The notes under the pieces are model-generated. The model was not told the origin of the DNA. It saw nothing but the letters and a program-made list of their open reading frames with translations, and did not search any database. DNA of 64,000 bases from an uncultured Anaerolineales bacterium. Its GTDB lineage: Bacteria > Chloroflexota > Anaerolineae > B4-G1 > SLSP01. Of the stretch, positions 36,133-45,078 are shown in pieces. The DNA lies in assembly GCA_964504195.1 (NCBI GenBank), contig CAZDDI010000003.1:83380-147379 (forward strand). Direction: 5' to 3'. Positions within the stretch are counted from its first letter, which is position 1. Every line of letters begins with the position of its first letter. The translations under genes were made by a program, and so were the position numbers.

Positions 36133-36600
36133 ATGAAACTTTCCAAGACCATGAGACGATTCGGCTGGTTGGCATTTGTGCTCATGTGGATCCCTTTCGT
36201 CACCCTGGTTACTCTCCCCCCTGGTGACCATGCCTGGTCAGAATTACCTTCGTTCATTCGCTATTCCCTTACGGTTAGCGGGGGATTGTGTATTGTCTCG
36301 AACTTGCTCTTGGTTGGTGCACCCATCATCAGCGCCATCCATCATCACAACCTCCTCACCAATGGGGTGCCAGCTCAGGCCACTATCCTCGAAGTGTCCG
36401 ACACCGGTACCACCATCAACGATGATCCGGTAGTGCGGCTGCTGCTGGAAGTCGAACCATCCGGTCAACCAATCTTCCAGGCTGAAACTGAGCGCGTGAT
36501 GTCTCGTGTGCAGCTCTCCCAATTCCAGCGGGGGACGGTCGTGCAGGTGAAGTACAACCCTGCCAGTCGTGCTGTGGCGTTGCTGGTTGAAAGCGATTAG
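36133..36600 (+). CDS. Hypothetical membrane-anchored protein
   Basis: 155 aa with two N-terminal TM segments and a GGGGAAGG RBS. No recognisable catalytic motif. Confidence 0.45.
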   Translation: MKLSKTMRRFGWLAFVLMWIPFVTLVTLPPGDHAWSELPSFIRYSLTVSGGLCIVSNLLLVGAPIISAIHHHNLLTNGVPAQATILEVSDTGTTINDDPVVRLLLEVEPSGQPIFQAETERVMSRVQLSQFQRGTVVQVKYNPASRAVALLVESD

Positions 36601-36723
36601 GTCCTTGGATGAGTTTTTTTGCGGTGTGGCTCCTAACCTTGTGGATGGGGTGAAGTGGGGCAGCACATGACACTGGCTTTGATTTGAGATTTGCTGATTT
36701 GTAGATTTTCAAGGGGGTGACTT

Positions 36724-37401
36724 ATGCAAGACCGCATTCTGGCCTGGGATGGATGTATCAATGTCCGTGATCTTGGAGGACTGCGGATTGGCGATGGTCG
36801 CGCGACGCTGTTGGGGTCCCTGGTGCGCTCGGATACGCCCGCCCGGCTTACCGAGGCAGGCTGGGCGGCGCTCTATGCGTATGGCATCCGCACGATGATC
36901 ACGCTCCACACAGTGGGCATGGTGGAAAATGAGCTTGATTTCACGTCACCATACCCTGATATCGCCACCGTGCGCGTGGCAATAGAGGATGTTACGGATA
37001 TGGAATTTGCGCGTCGGTGGGCTGTGTCTGATCTTTGGTGTACGCCGCTCTATTACCCGGATGCGCTGCAACGCTGGCCGGAGCGCCACGCGGCTGTGAT
37101 GACAGCTATTGCCCAGGCGCAACCTGGCGGCGTGCTGTTCCATTGCGCTCGCGGCCATGATCGCACCGGCATCATTACGCTGCTACTGCTCGCGCTCGCC
37201 GGTGTGACGCTTGATGACATTGTTGCGGATTATGAGCTGAGCACTGATCCCGCGCGCGATAAGCTGCTGGCGGATGAGCATACCTCGGTCCGCGAGGTCT
37301 TCCTCGGCATATTGGCTGGGCTTGATATTGACAAATACCTGACTATGGGCGGAGCAAGCCAGGCTGATCTAGTCGCTGTTCGCAAGCGGCTGCTGGGGTG
37401 A
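36724..37401 (+). CDS. Tyrosine/dual-specificity protein phosphatase family protein
   Basis: FHCARGHDRTG is the CX5R P-loop motif. 225 aa. Confidence 0.6.
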   Translation: MQDRILAWDGCINVRDLGGLRIGDGRATLLGSLVRSDTPARLTEAGWAALYAYGIRTMITLHTVGMVENELDFTSPYPDIATVRVAIEDVTDMEFARRWAVSDLWCTPLYYPDALQRWPERHAAVMTAIAQAQPGGVLFHCARGHDRTGIITLLLLALAGVTLDDIVADYELSTDPARDKLLADEHTSVREVFLGILAGLDIDKYLTMGGASQADLVAVRKRLLG

Positions 37402-37465
37402 AGTCGCTGCTGATGAGGACTGTAGCCAGGCTTATGGGCAAAGAATTACCTACACGGAGGCACTC

Positions 37466-38098
37466 ATGGATATTTTAGTCGAACAAACCCGCGCGACCCG
37501 CGCAACGTGTTATCAGAACGAAGCCGCGCTGATGGCGGAACTAGCGCAGGGTCAGCACCCCGGGCTGCTGTACATCGGTTGTTCCGACTCGCGGATTCTG
37601 CCCTCACACATCCTCGATGCACACCCCGGCACGGTGTTCACCACGCGCAACATCGCCAACATCGTGCCGCCCTACGCGGCGTTGGAACAGGGTGAAACGG
37701 CGGTCGCTGCCGTGCTGGAGTATGCCGTGCTGCACCTCAAGGTCAGCGATATTGTGTTGTGTGGGCATAGCTGTTGCGGTGGGATGCAGGCGTTGGCCCA
37801 CGCGCACGCGCTTGAACCGGGTTTGCGCGCCTGGTTGACCTACGCGGAGGACGCTCAAGAGCGTGTGCCAGCCGATCTTTCCGGTGCCGCGCAGCTGGAT
37901 GCGCTTATCGAAGCGAATGTGCTGTTGCAAGTGGAACATCTGCGCAGCTACCCGTTCATTGCGGAGGCCGAACAAGCCGGGACGCTGCGCTTGCACGCCT
38001 GGGTGTACGATCTCGCTACTGAGCAGGTACGGGCTTATGATGAGGCGGAAGATCACTTTGTGGAAGAGCCGCCGTTTAGCAAGGACGGGCAATTGTGA
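37466..38098 (+). CDS. Beta-class carbonic anhydrase
   Basis: YIGCSDSR and CGHSCCGG are the beta-CA zinc-ligand motifs. Confidence 0.8.
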   Translation: MDILVEQTRATRATCYQNEAALMAELAQGQHPGLLYIGCSDSRILPSHILDAHPGTVFTTRNIANIVPPYAALEQGETAVAAVLEYAVLHLKVSDIVLCGHSCCGGMQALAHAHALEPGLRAWLTYAEDAQERVPADLSGAAQLDALIEANVLLQVEHLRSYPFIAEAEQAGTLRLHAWVYDLATEQVRAYDEAEDHFVEEPPFSKDGQL

Positions 38099-38691
38099 CA
38101 CATCTAGCCTTTCCTAGCCATCTTCCTGAAAACTACAACGAAGTGTTGTACTGGAAATTGTCCCACCACAAAAAATTACTCATCGTACTGAACGTGGTCG
38201 GCATCGTATTGATGGGATTGGCATTTGTATTGTTTTCCGCCTGGGCGCAATTGTGGCATGTAGTCACTGGGGGGGAAATCTATGCCGCGCAAATGCTATT
38301 GGCAATCGTTATGATTGTTCTGACTGTCGTGCTGCACGAACTAACGCACGGTCTCGCGCTGCGCTACTATGGTGCCACGCCCACCTATGGGGTGCTGTGG
38401 AAAGAAATGATGTTCTACGCAACTGCGGCCGGCCATGCCTTTCCCCGTAATGCCTATGTGGTCATCGCGCTCGCACCGCTAGGGGGATTGAGCGCGCTTG
38501 CGATGGTCTTACTGGCGCTGCCCTTGCCGCTGTGGCTCGTGATGACGGTTATCTTATGTGCTGCGTTTAACGTCGGCAGTGCCATCGGGGATATGTGGTT
38601 GGTGCGGGTGGCGTTGGGTTATCCACGAGCAGCTTACATCGTTGACGAGAAAGATGGCTTGCGCGTGTTTATGCCGCTGGCGGAGGGGTGA
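38095..38691 (+). CDS. Membrane protein with HExxH motif (DUF3267-like putative zincin)
   Basis: About 4 TM segments and an HELTHGLA HExxH motif embedded in a membrane region. It overlaps the carbonic anhydrase stop. Confidence 0.45.
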   Translation: MTHLAFPSHLPENYNEVLYWKLSHHKKLLIVLNVVGIVLMGLAFVLFSAWAQLWHVVTGGEIYAAQMLLAIVMIVLTVVLHELTHGLALRYYGATPTYGVLWKEMMFYATAAGHAFPRNAYVVIALAPLGGLSALAMVLLALPLPLWLVMTVILCAAFNVGSAIGDMWLVRVALGYPRAAYIVDEKDGLRVFMPLAEG

Positions 38692-38744
38692 GTACGGGAA
38701 GAATTACTCTTCATCAGCGAAGTATAAAATGCTAATATAGCAAA

Positions 38745-38769
38745 CACCCCCGCTCTGTGCGGGGGTGTT
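38745..38769. terminator. Bidirectional terminator hairpin between convergent genes
   Basis: ACACCCCCGC-TCTGT-GCGGGGGTGT is a perfect 10-bp stem. It has an A/T-rich flank on the focA side and TGTGGTTG on the other. Confidence 0.45.
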
Positions 38770-38791
38770 GTGGTTGCGGTGATGAATGAGA

Positions 38792-39658
38792 TTACTTCTT
38801 GCGCAGATAGATGAACCAGTAAACTACACCGACCATGACTGCGCCGCCGATGATGTTGCCGATGGTGACGGGGAGCAGGTTCTTGATGAAGAAGTTGCCC
38901 CAAGTCAGATTCTGGAAATCAGCCGCCGTCTTGCCAATAGCAGTCCAGAAGCTTTGATCCGCACCGCTCTTGATAAACAATGCTATAGGGATGAAGTACA
39001 TATTGGCGATGCTGTGCTCGAAGCCAGCCGCCACAAAGGCAGAGATCGGGAAGATAATGGAGAGGATTTTATCAGTGGTGCTGCGGGCCGAGAAGCACAA
39101 CCACACTGCCATACAGACTAGCGCATTACACATAATACCCAGGGCTACCGCCGGGAGGAAATCGAGGCCAGATTTGGCATTGCCGATATTGAGCGCGGTG
39201 AGGCCCATCGCGCCACCACCGAAGGTGTACTGCTTGCTGTAGAACATGATGATGGCGGTAGCCAGGGAGCCGACGAAGTTGCCTGCATAAACAATGCCCC
39301 AGTTGCGGAGTAGTTGTGCCGTGGTAACTTTCTTGTTCGCCCAGGCCATGATGATGAGGTTGTTGCCCGTGAATAGTTCTGCTCCACCTACAATCACCAG
39401 GATGAGGCCGAGAGAGAAGACTGTGCCGGCCATCAAGCGCTGCACGCCGTAAGGCAACGAGCCGGAGCCAGCCAGAACGGTGGTGCAATAGATACCGCCC
39501 AGACTGATGAACGCGCCGGCTAGAATTGCCAATGCAAAGAGCTGCAGGGCATCGCCGGTGGCTTTTTTAACGCCGACGGTTTCAGCCTTCGCCGCCATTT
39601 CGCCCGGCAACAGAGCATCGAGTTTGACCTCGGGTACAGAGTGATTGGGATTCGCCAT
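38792..39658 (-). CDS. Formate/nitrite transporter (FNT family, FocA/NirC-like)
   Basis: Six TM segments. FTGNNLI and the family-typical GAELFTGN loop motifs are present. Confidence 0.8.
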   Translation of the reverse strand: MANPNHSVPEVKLDALLPGEMAAKAETVGVKKATGDALQLFALAILAGAFISLGGIYCTTVLAGSGSLPYGVQRLMAGTVFSLGLILVIVGGAELFTGNNLIIMAWANKKVTTAQLLRNWGIVYAGNFVGSLATAIIMFYSKQYTFGGGAMGLTALNIGNAKSGLDFLPAVALGIMCNALVCMAVWLCFSARSTTDKILSIIFPISAFVAAGFEHSIANMYFIPIALFIKSGADQSFWTAIGKTAADFQNLTWGNFFIKNLLPVTIGNIIGGAVMVGVVYWFIYLRKK

Positions 39659-39891
39659 TTTTTTTCCTCCTATGAAATGAATAAGTTATTGGAAATTCCC
39701 AATACTATTATAACCGGTTAGGGGTTTTGTCAAATGGTTAAATATCATGTTTGCATTTGATACTATTCTGCTATTGGCTAAACAGCTTATAAGAGTGTCT
39801 TTTACAAATCGTGGACATAGAAACTGCGTAGCTGCAAAATTCGCAGTCGTGGTAAAATGGTTATGACAATCGTGTAGATTGAGGAGATGAT

Positions 39892-40500
39892 TTGAACTAT
39901 AGTGGGGTAATTTTAGCCGGCGGCAGTGGTACCCGTATGGGTATGGATAAGCGTTTTTTACAACTGCATGGCAAACCGTTGGTGTTATGGGTTGTAGAGA
40001 GCCTCCGCCCATTAGTGGATGAGGTCGTGCTGGCAGTTCAAGACGTGACCCACTTCGCTGATTACGGTTTGCGTCTGGTTGTGGATCACTACCCTGGACA
40101 GGGTGTCTTGGCTGGGATGCATGCTGGCCTGGCTACCGCGCAGGGCGCGTGGGCTGTGGTTGTGGGGGGCGATATGCCCTTGCTCAATCCAGACTTGCTG
40201 ACGGCTATGCTGCAACTCACCTCCACCGCAGCGGCGGATGTCATTGTGCCAGAATGGCAGGGCAATCTTGAACCCCTCCATGCCCTCTATCGGACTGCGG
40301 TCTGTGCGCCAGCGGCGGAGGCGGCGTTACAAGCCGGTAAGCGGCGTATTGTGGCTTTCTATCCAGCGGTGCGGGTTAAGGTGTTCCCCCAGGCCGAAGT
40401 TGCCCGTTGGGATCCAGACGGGCTTTCGTTCTTCAATATTAACACTATGGATGATTGGACTGCAGCTGTGCAGTATTTGAACAAGCAGCACGTGCTTTGA
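39892..40500 (+). CDS. mobA: Molybdenum cofactor guanylyltransferase
   Basis: GVILAGGSGTRMGMDKRFL is the MobA N-terminal nucleotide-binding motif. TTG start after a GAGGAG RBS. Confidence 0.7.
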   Translation: MNYSGVILAGGSGTRMGMDKRFLQLHGKPLVLWVVESLRPLVDEVVLAVQDVTHFADYGLRLVVDHYPGQGVLAGMHAGLATAQGAWAVVVGGDMPLLNPDLLTAMLQLTSTAAADVIVPEWQGNLEPLHALYRTAVCAPAAEAALQAGKRRIVAFYPAVRVKVFPQAEVARWDPDGLSFFNINTMDDWTAAVQYLNKQHVL

Positions 40501-40578
40501 AAATTGAAATGATACATATTCATTGGACATGGTTGCGAAATTGGATCTGGCATCACGCGATCATAGAATAGAGGGGCT

Positions 40579-40920
40579 ATGCACGAACTACCCGTAACCG
40601 AAGAAATCCTGCGCATTGCAGCGCAACACGCCAGCGAGCAGCGCATCACGGACATCCATCTGGTGATTGGCGAGCTGAGCAGCTTTATTGATGACTCCAT
40701 TCAGTTCTATTTCGATTTGCTCGCGCCAGGGACAGTCGCCGAGGGTGCGACGTTGCACTTCAAGCGTATCCCGGTGCGCTTCCGCTGCCGGGCGTGCGCA
40801 GCGGAATTTGCACCCACCGCGCTGGATTGGCATTGTCCGGTGTGCAACGCCTTGGGCGGTGATGTCATCGCGGGCAAAGAATTCTATGTCGAAAGCATTG
40901 AAATCACCAGCAACCAGTAA
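40579..40920 (+). CDS. hypA: Hydrogenase nickel incorporation protein HypA
   Basis: The start MHELPVTEEIL is the MHE Ni-binding N-terminus. It has a CxxC...CxxC zinc finger and is 113 aa. Confidence 0.8.
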   Translation: MHELPVTEEILRIAAQHASEQRITDIHLVIGELSSFIDDSIQFYFDLLAPGTVAEGATLHFKRIPVRFRCRACAAEFAPTALDWHCPVCNALGGDVIAGKEFYVESIEITSNQ

Positions 40921-40930
40921 AGGAGGAACT

Positions 40931-41632
40931 ATGTGCGATCATTGCGGTTGTGAAGATCACGAACATGAGCATGAGGAAGCCCGGCGCATTCCTGTTGTCC
41001 AAAGAATTCTGAGTGCCAACGATGAGGCGGCGCTGGGAAACCGGCAGTATTTGCGGGCGCATGGAATCTCGGCGATCAATATCATGTCCTCGCCAGGCGC
41101 GGGGAAGACGACGCTGCTACTGGCGACGATTGCCGCGCTGGGCGAGCAGATGCGCCTGGGCGTCATCGAGGGCGATACCGCCTCGCAGGTGGATGCGGAG
41201 CTCATCGCGGATACGGGTACGCCGGTGGTGCAGATCAACACGGGCGGCGGCTGCCACCTCGATGCGCCGATGGTGCATAATGCGCTCCACGCGCTACCGC
41301 TCGATGCGCTCGATGTGCTCTTCATCGAGAACGTGGGCAACCTCATCTGCCCGGTCTCGTTCGATCTGGGGCAAGACTACAAGGTAGCGCTCCTCAGTGT
41401 GCCGGAGGGCCACGATAAGCCCTACAAATACCCGGCGATCTTCGAGGCGGTGGATCTGGTCGTGATTACCAAAGCTGATCTGATGCCCTATCTCGATTTC
41501 GACCTGGTGAAGTTCAAAGAACTGGTACATGGGCTGAACCCCCACGCGCCAGTGCTGATGCTTTCGGCTAAAACTGGTGAGGGGCTGGCTGCGTGGCTTG
41601 CCTGGGTGCAGGAGCGCTGGGGCGTGCAGTGA
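40931..41632 (+). CDS. hypB: Hydrogenase nickel incorporation GTPase HypB
   Basis: His/Cys-rich N-terminus MCDHCGCEDHEHEHEE. P-loop GAGKTTLL. CH...C metal site (GGGCHLD). A C-terminal G-domain with NKAD-like ITKADL. Confidence 0.85.
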   Translation: MCDHCGCEDHEHEHEEARRIPVVQRILSANDEAALGNRQYLRAHGISAINIMSSPGAGKTTLLLATIAALGEQMRLGVIEGDTASQVDAELIADTGTPVVQINTGGGCHLDAPMVHNALHALPLDALDVLFIENVGNLICPVSFDLGQDYKVALLSVPEGHDKPYKYPAIFEAVDLVVITKADLMPYLDFDLVKFKELVHGLNPHAPVLMLSAKTGEGLAAWLAWVQERWGVQ

Positions 41633-41652
41633 GCATCGCTGCTGTACAATGT

Positions 41653-41692
41653 AACCTGGATGGGGAAAACCTCATCCAGGTTTTGTTTTTGG
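41653..41692 (+). terminator. Intrinsic terminator after hypB
   Basis: AACCTGGATG-GGGAAAACCT-CATCCAGGTT is a 10-bp stem followed by TTGTTTTTGG. Confidence 0.6.
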
Positions 41693-41867
41693 TTGACGTT
41701 TCACGTTTCACGCATCTTATGTTATAATTTTAACAACAATCTTGCGTGATTGCATATTAGACATCCATGAACGAGCAACCAATTTGCGACCATCAGCCCT
41801 GTGCTGTCAGTAATGCTACTGACAGGCCGGGCTTTTTTTTGTCTATACCCCCAGAAGTGAGTGATCT

Positions 41868-43262
41868 ATGAATCTGTCTGTCGTGATTCTAGCCGCTGGA
41901 ATGAGCACCCGGTTTAAGTCTGCTACGCCCAAAGTGCTGCATCCGCTGGTGGAACAGCCCTTGCTGGCCTACTCGCTTGATCTGGCAGAGCAATTATCCA
42001 CCGAGCTGCCGGTGCTGATCGTCGGCCCAGAGACCGAGGCCGAAATCCGCGCCTGGGCGGGGGGGCGCGCGCGCTGTGTGGTGCAGGAGCCACGCCTGGG
42101 CACCGGCCACGCAGCGATGCAGGCTGCGCCGATGCTGGCCGGACATGCGGAACAGGTGCTCGTCCTCTATGGCGATATGCCGTTGTTGCGTGAAAGCACG
42201 CTGCGCGCGCTGGTGGAGCAGCAACAGCAGTGCCAGGCTGCCGTCGCGGTGCTGACCGTCGAGCGGGACGATCCGCGCGGGTTTGGGCGCATCGTCCGCA
42301 ACAGCGCCGGCGACATCATGGCTATCATCGAAGATCACGAGGCTACGCCGGAGGTGCTGGCGATTCGGGAGCTCAACACCGGCGTTTACACTTTCCGGGC
42401 GGATTTTCTGTGGGGCGCGTTGCCGCAACTGCAACCCAGCCCGCGCAAGGGGGAATACTACCTTACCGATCTGATCGCGCTGGCGGCAAACGTGGGGGAG
42501 CGGGTGATAGGGGTGCAGGTGGAAGATGCGACCGAGGGCATGGGCATCAACACGCGCGCGGATATGGCGCTGGCAGCGGCAGCGTTGCGCGAGCGCATCA
42601 ATCTGCACTGGATGCTGGCCGGCGTCACCATCGTTGACCCGGCGACCACCTACATCGGCCCGCGCGTCACGCTCGGCATGGATACTGTCATCCACCCCAA
42701 CACGCACCTGCGCGGGCAGACCGCTATCGGCGCGGGGTGCGCTATCGGCCCAAACAGCATTATTGAGGATTGCACGCTTGGCAATCGCTGCCAGGTGGTG
42801 GCTTCGGTGTTGGAGCAGGCGGTGATGGAGGAGGAGAGCCATATCGGGCCGTTCGGCCATCTGCGCAAGGGCGCGCGGCTGTGTGTGGGCGCGCACATGG
42901 GCAACTTCGGCGAGATGAAGAACAGTACGCTTGGCCCGGGTGCGAAGATGGGGCATTTCAGTTATCTCGGCGATGCGGAGATAGGCCCGAATGCCAACAT
43001 TGGCGCAGGGACGATTACCTGCAATTACGATGGGACACGCAAACACGCGACGGTGGTTGAGGCCGGCGCGTTTATTGGATCGGATACGATGCTGGTGGCG
43101 CCGGTGCGCGTGGGCACGGGCGCGAAGACGGGCGCGGGGGCGGTGGTGACGCATGATGTGCCGCCGGGTGCAGTAGTGTATGGGGTCCCGGCGCGTATCG
43201 TCGGGACGGTTACAACGGATCAAGAGACAGACAAGGAGAAAGGAGACTGTGGACGACGGTAA
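41868..43262 (+). CDS. glmU: Bifunctional UDP-GlcNAc pyrophosphorylase / GlcN-1-P N-acetyltransferase
   Basis: N-terminal VVILAAGMSTRFKSATPKVLHPL. A C-terminal left-handed beta-helix hexapeptide repeat region. 464 aa. Confidence 0.85.
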   Translation: MNLSVVILAAGMSTRFKSATPKVLHPLVEQPLLAYSLDLAEQLSTELPVLIVGPETEAEIRAWAGGRARCVVQEPRLGTGHAAMQAAPMLAGHAEQVLVLYGDMPLLRESTLRALVEQQQQCQAAVAVLTVERDDPRGFGRIVRNSAGDIMAIIEDHEATPEVLAIRELNTGVYTFRADFLWGALPQLQPSPRKGEYYLTDLIALAANVGERVIGVQVEDATEGMGINTRADMALAAAALRERINLHWMLAGVTIVDPATTYIGPRVTLGMDTVIHPNTHLRGQTAIGAGCAIGPNSIIEDCTLGNRCQVVASVLEQAVMEEESHIGPFGHLRKGARLCVGAHMGNFGEMKNSTLGPGAKMGHFSYLGDAEIGPNANIGAGTITCNYDGTRKHATVVEAGAFIGSDTMLVAPVRVGTGAKTGAGAVVTHDVPPGAVVYGVPARIVGTVTTDQETDKEKGDCGRR

Positions 43263-43269
43263 TTTATGG

Positions 43270-44529
43270 TGGTTGTTAGTTTTGTTAGCGGGGCAATTTA
43301 TGCTTTCATTGGCACGTGCAACATTGCATCGTGCGCGCCGGGAGACCAACGAGGAGCGCATTGGAATGCTCCCGAATATTACACATCTGAGCATCGCGCT
43401 CGATTTTGCCCACTTGTTGATGCTGGGCGGTTATTTTATCCTCGGCGCCCGTTATGGGCATCCAGTCTTGCTGCATGTGTTTTCGACTCCCCTAGAGCCG
43501 TCGCCTGTGTGGCTGGCCCCTATCACTTATGGTGTGCTGCTGCTGCTGCTGGCGTGGGTTAGTTTGAGCGTCGGGTGGCTCGCGCCAGAAGCTATCGGTT
43601 ATGAGCTCGCTCAGCCTACCGCCGAGCGGATCACGCGTCTGGCGCAGTTTATTTCTGGCCTGCTCAAGCCATTTACGCTTACCGCGCTGGCGTTGGGTAA
43701 TGCCATCTCGCGCTGGTTGGGGGGCGCGTCGTTGCAGCGTTTCGCGCTCATTACCGAAGAGGAAATCAAGACTCTGGTCATCGCTGGCGAGCATGAAGGC
43801 GTGATTGAAGAGGGTGAGCGGGAGATGATTTATTCGATCTTCCGGTTGGGGGATATGATTACCCGTGAGATCATGATTCCACGCATTGACTTGGTTGCCT
43901 TTGATGTGGATACGCCGATTCACGAGACTCTTGAGGTTATCGTGGCGAGTGGGCATTCGCGTATTCCCATCTACGCCGACACAATTGATAACATCATCGG
44001 GGTTCTGTATGTCAAGGATTTGATCCCCTATCGGAGCCGGGGTGACGCTTTACCGACGTTGCGTGATATTTTGCGCCCGACTTACTTCGTCCCTGAATCC
44101 AAACGGTTGGATACGCTGCTCCGAGAGATGCAGGAGGCCAAAATCCAGTTGGCGATTGTGGTGGATGAGTATGGTGGTGTCTCGGGCATGGTAACGCTGG
44201 AGGATATTGTCGAGGAGATTGTGGGTGAGATTCAGGATGAGTACGACCGCGAGGAACCAGAAGTCACCGCGTTGGAAGCTGGTGGGTATCTCTTTGATGC
44301 GCGCATCCCGTTGGATGATGTGCAGGAGATTCTAGATATCCCGTTGCCGCTGGAGGAAGCTGATTCGTTGGGGGGGTTCGTCTACAATCAATTGGGGCAT
44401 ATTCCTACGGCCAAAGAGCAACTTACGTTTGACGGTATCGTTTTTGAAGTCGCTGAGATTACCGGTCGCCGTATTCGTAAGGTGAAAGCGACCAAAATTA
44501 CCACACCAGAGGAGGCAATGGAAACATGA
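43270..44529 (+). CDS. CNNM/CorC-HlyC family membrane protein (DUF21 TM domain + CBS pair + CorC_HlyC C-terminal domain)
   Basis: N-terminal TM helices are followed by CBS-like MIPRIDLVAFDVD...GHSRIPIY and a C-terminal transporter-associated domain. The start codon is uncertain (TTG/ATG near the glmU stop). Confidence 0.65.
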   Translation, partial: WLLVLLAGQFMLSLARATLHRARRETNEERIGMLPNITHLSIALDFAHLLMLGGYFILGARYGHPVLLHVFSTPLEPSPVWLAPITYGVLLLLLAWVSLSVGWLAPEAIGYELAQPTAERITRLAQFISGLLKPFTLTALALGNAISRWLGGASLQRFALITEEEIKTLVIAGEHEGVIEEGEREMIYSIFRLGDMITREIMIPRIDLVAFDVDTPIHETLEVIVASGHSRIPIYADTIDNIIGVLYVKDLIPYRSRGDALPTLRDILRPTYFVPESKRLDTLLREMQEAKIQLAIVVDEYGGVSGMVTLEDIVEEIVGEIQDEYDREEPEVTALEAGGYLFDARIPLDDVQEILDIPLPLEEADSLGGFVYNQLGHIPTAKEQLTFDGIVFEVAEITGRRIRKVKATKITTPEEAMET

Positions 44530-44927
44530 CCACTTCTTTACAGCCAGAATTGTTGATTTCGCGGGCCATTGAGGCCCGCGAAATGGCCTACGCGCCCTAC
44601 TCCCACTACCAGGTAGGGGCGGCTCTGCTTACCGAAGACGGCGAAATTTTCTCCGGCTGCAATGTCGAGAACGCCGTCTACCCACTGGGTATCTGCGCCG
44701 AGCGTAATGCTGTCTCGCTGGCGGTGCTCCAGGGCCAGCAGCGCATCCTGGCCGTGGCCGTCGCCACGCATAACGGGGGGACGCCCTGCGGTGCCTGCCG
44801 ACAAACCCTGCGGGAGTTTGCTGATCCGAGTATTCCTATTTACATCGCGCGCCCCGATGGGAGCTATCGTACTACGACACTAGAGGCGCTGCTGCCGGAG
44901 AGTTTTTCGGTAGCGGATCTGGCATAA
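44526..44927 (+). CDS. cdd: Cytidine deaminase
   Basis: CAERNAV and PCGACRQ are zinc-ligand motifs. 133 aa. 4-nt overlap with the upstream gene. Confidence 0.75.
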   Translation: MTTSLQPELLISRAIEAREMAYAPYSHYQVGAALLTEDGEIFSGCNVENAVYPLGICAERNAVSLAVLQGQQRILAVAVATHNGGTPCGACRQTLREFADPSIPIYIARPDGSYRTTTLEALLPESFSVADLA

Positions 44928-45078
44928 AATGTAATAGTGCAAAGGAGCAGCCCGGTGGCTGAGCCTGCCGAAGCCTCTCCCGGTGGCCCTCCGGCATTGC
45001 CTTTGACCGCAATCGCGCCAAAGTCGCCCTGTCACAGCCGTCAATAGGCGTGTTTTGAGCAACCTACCGGGTTAGTTT

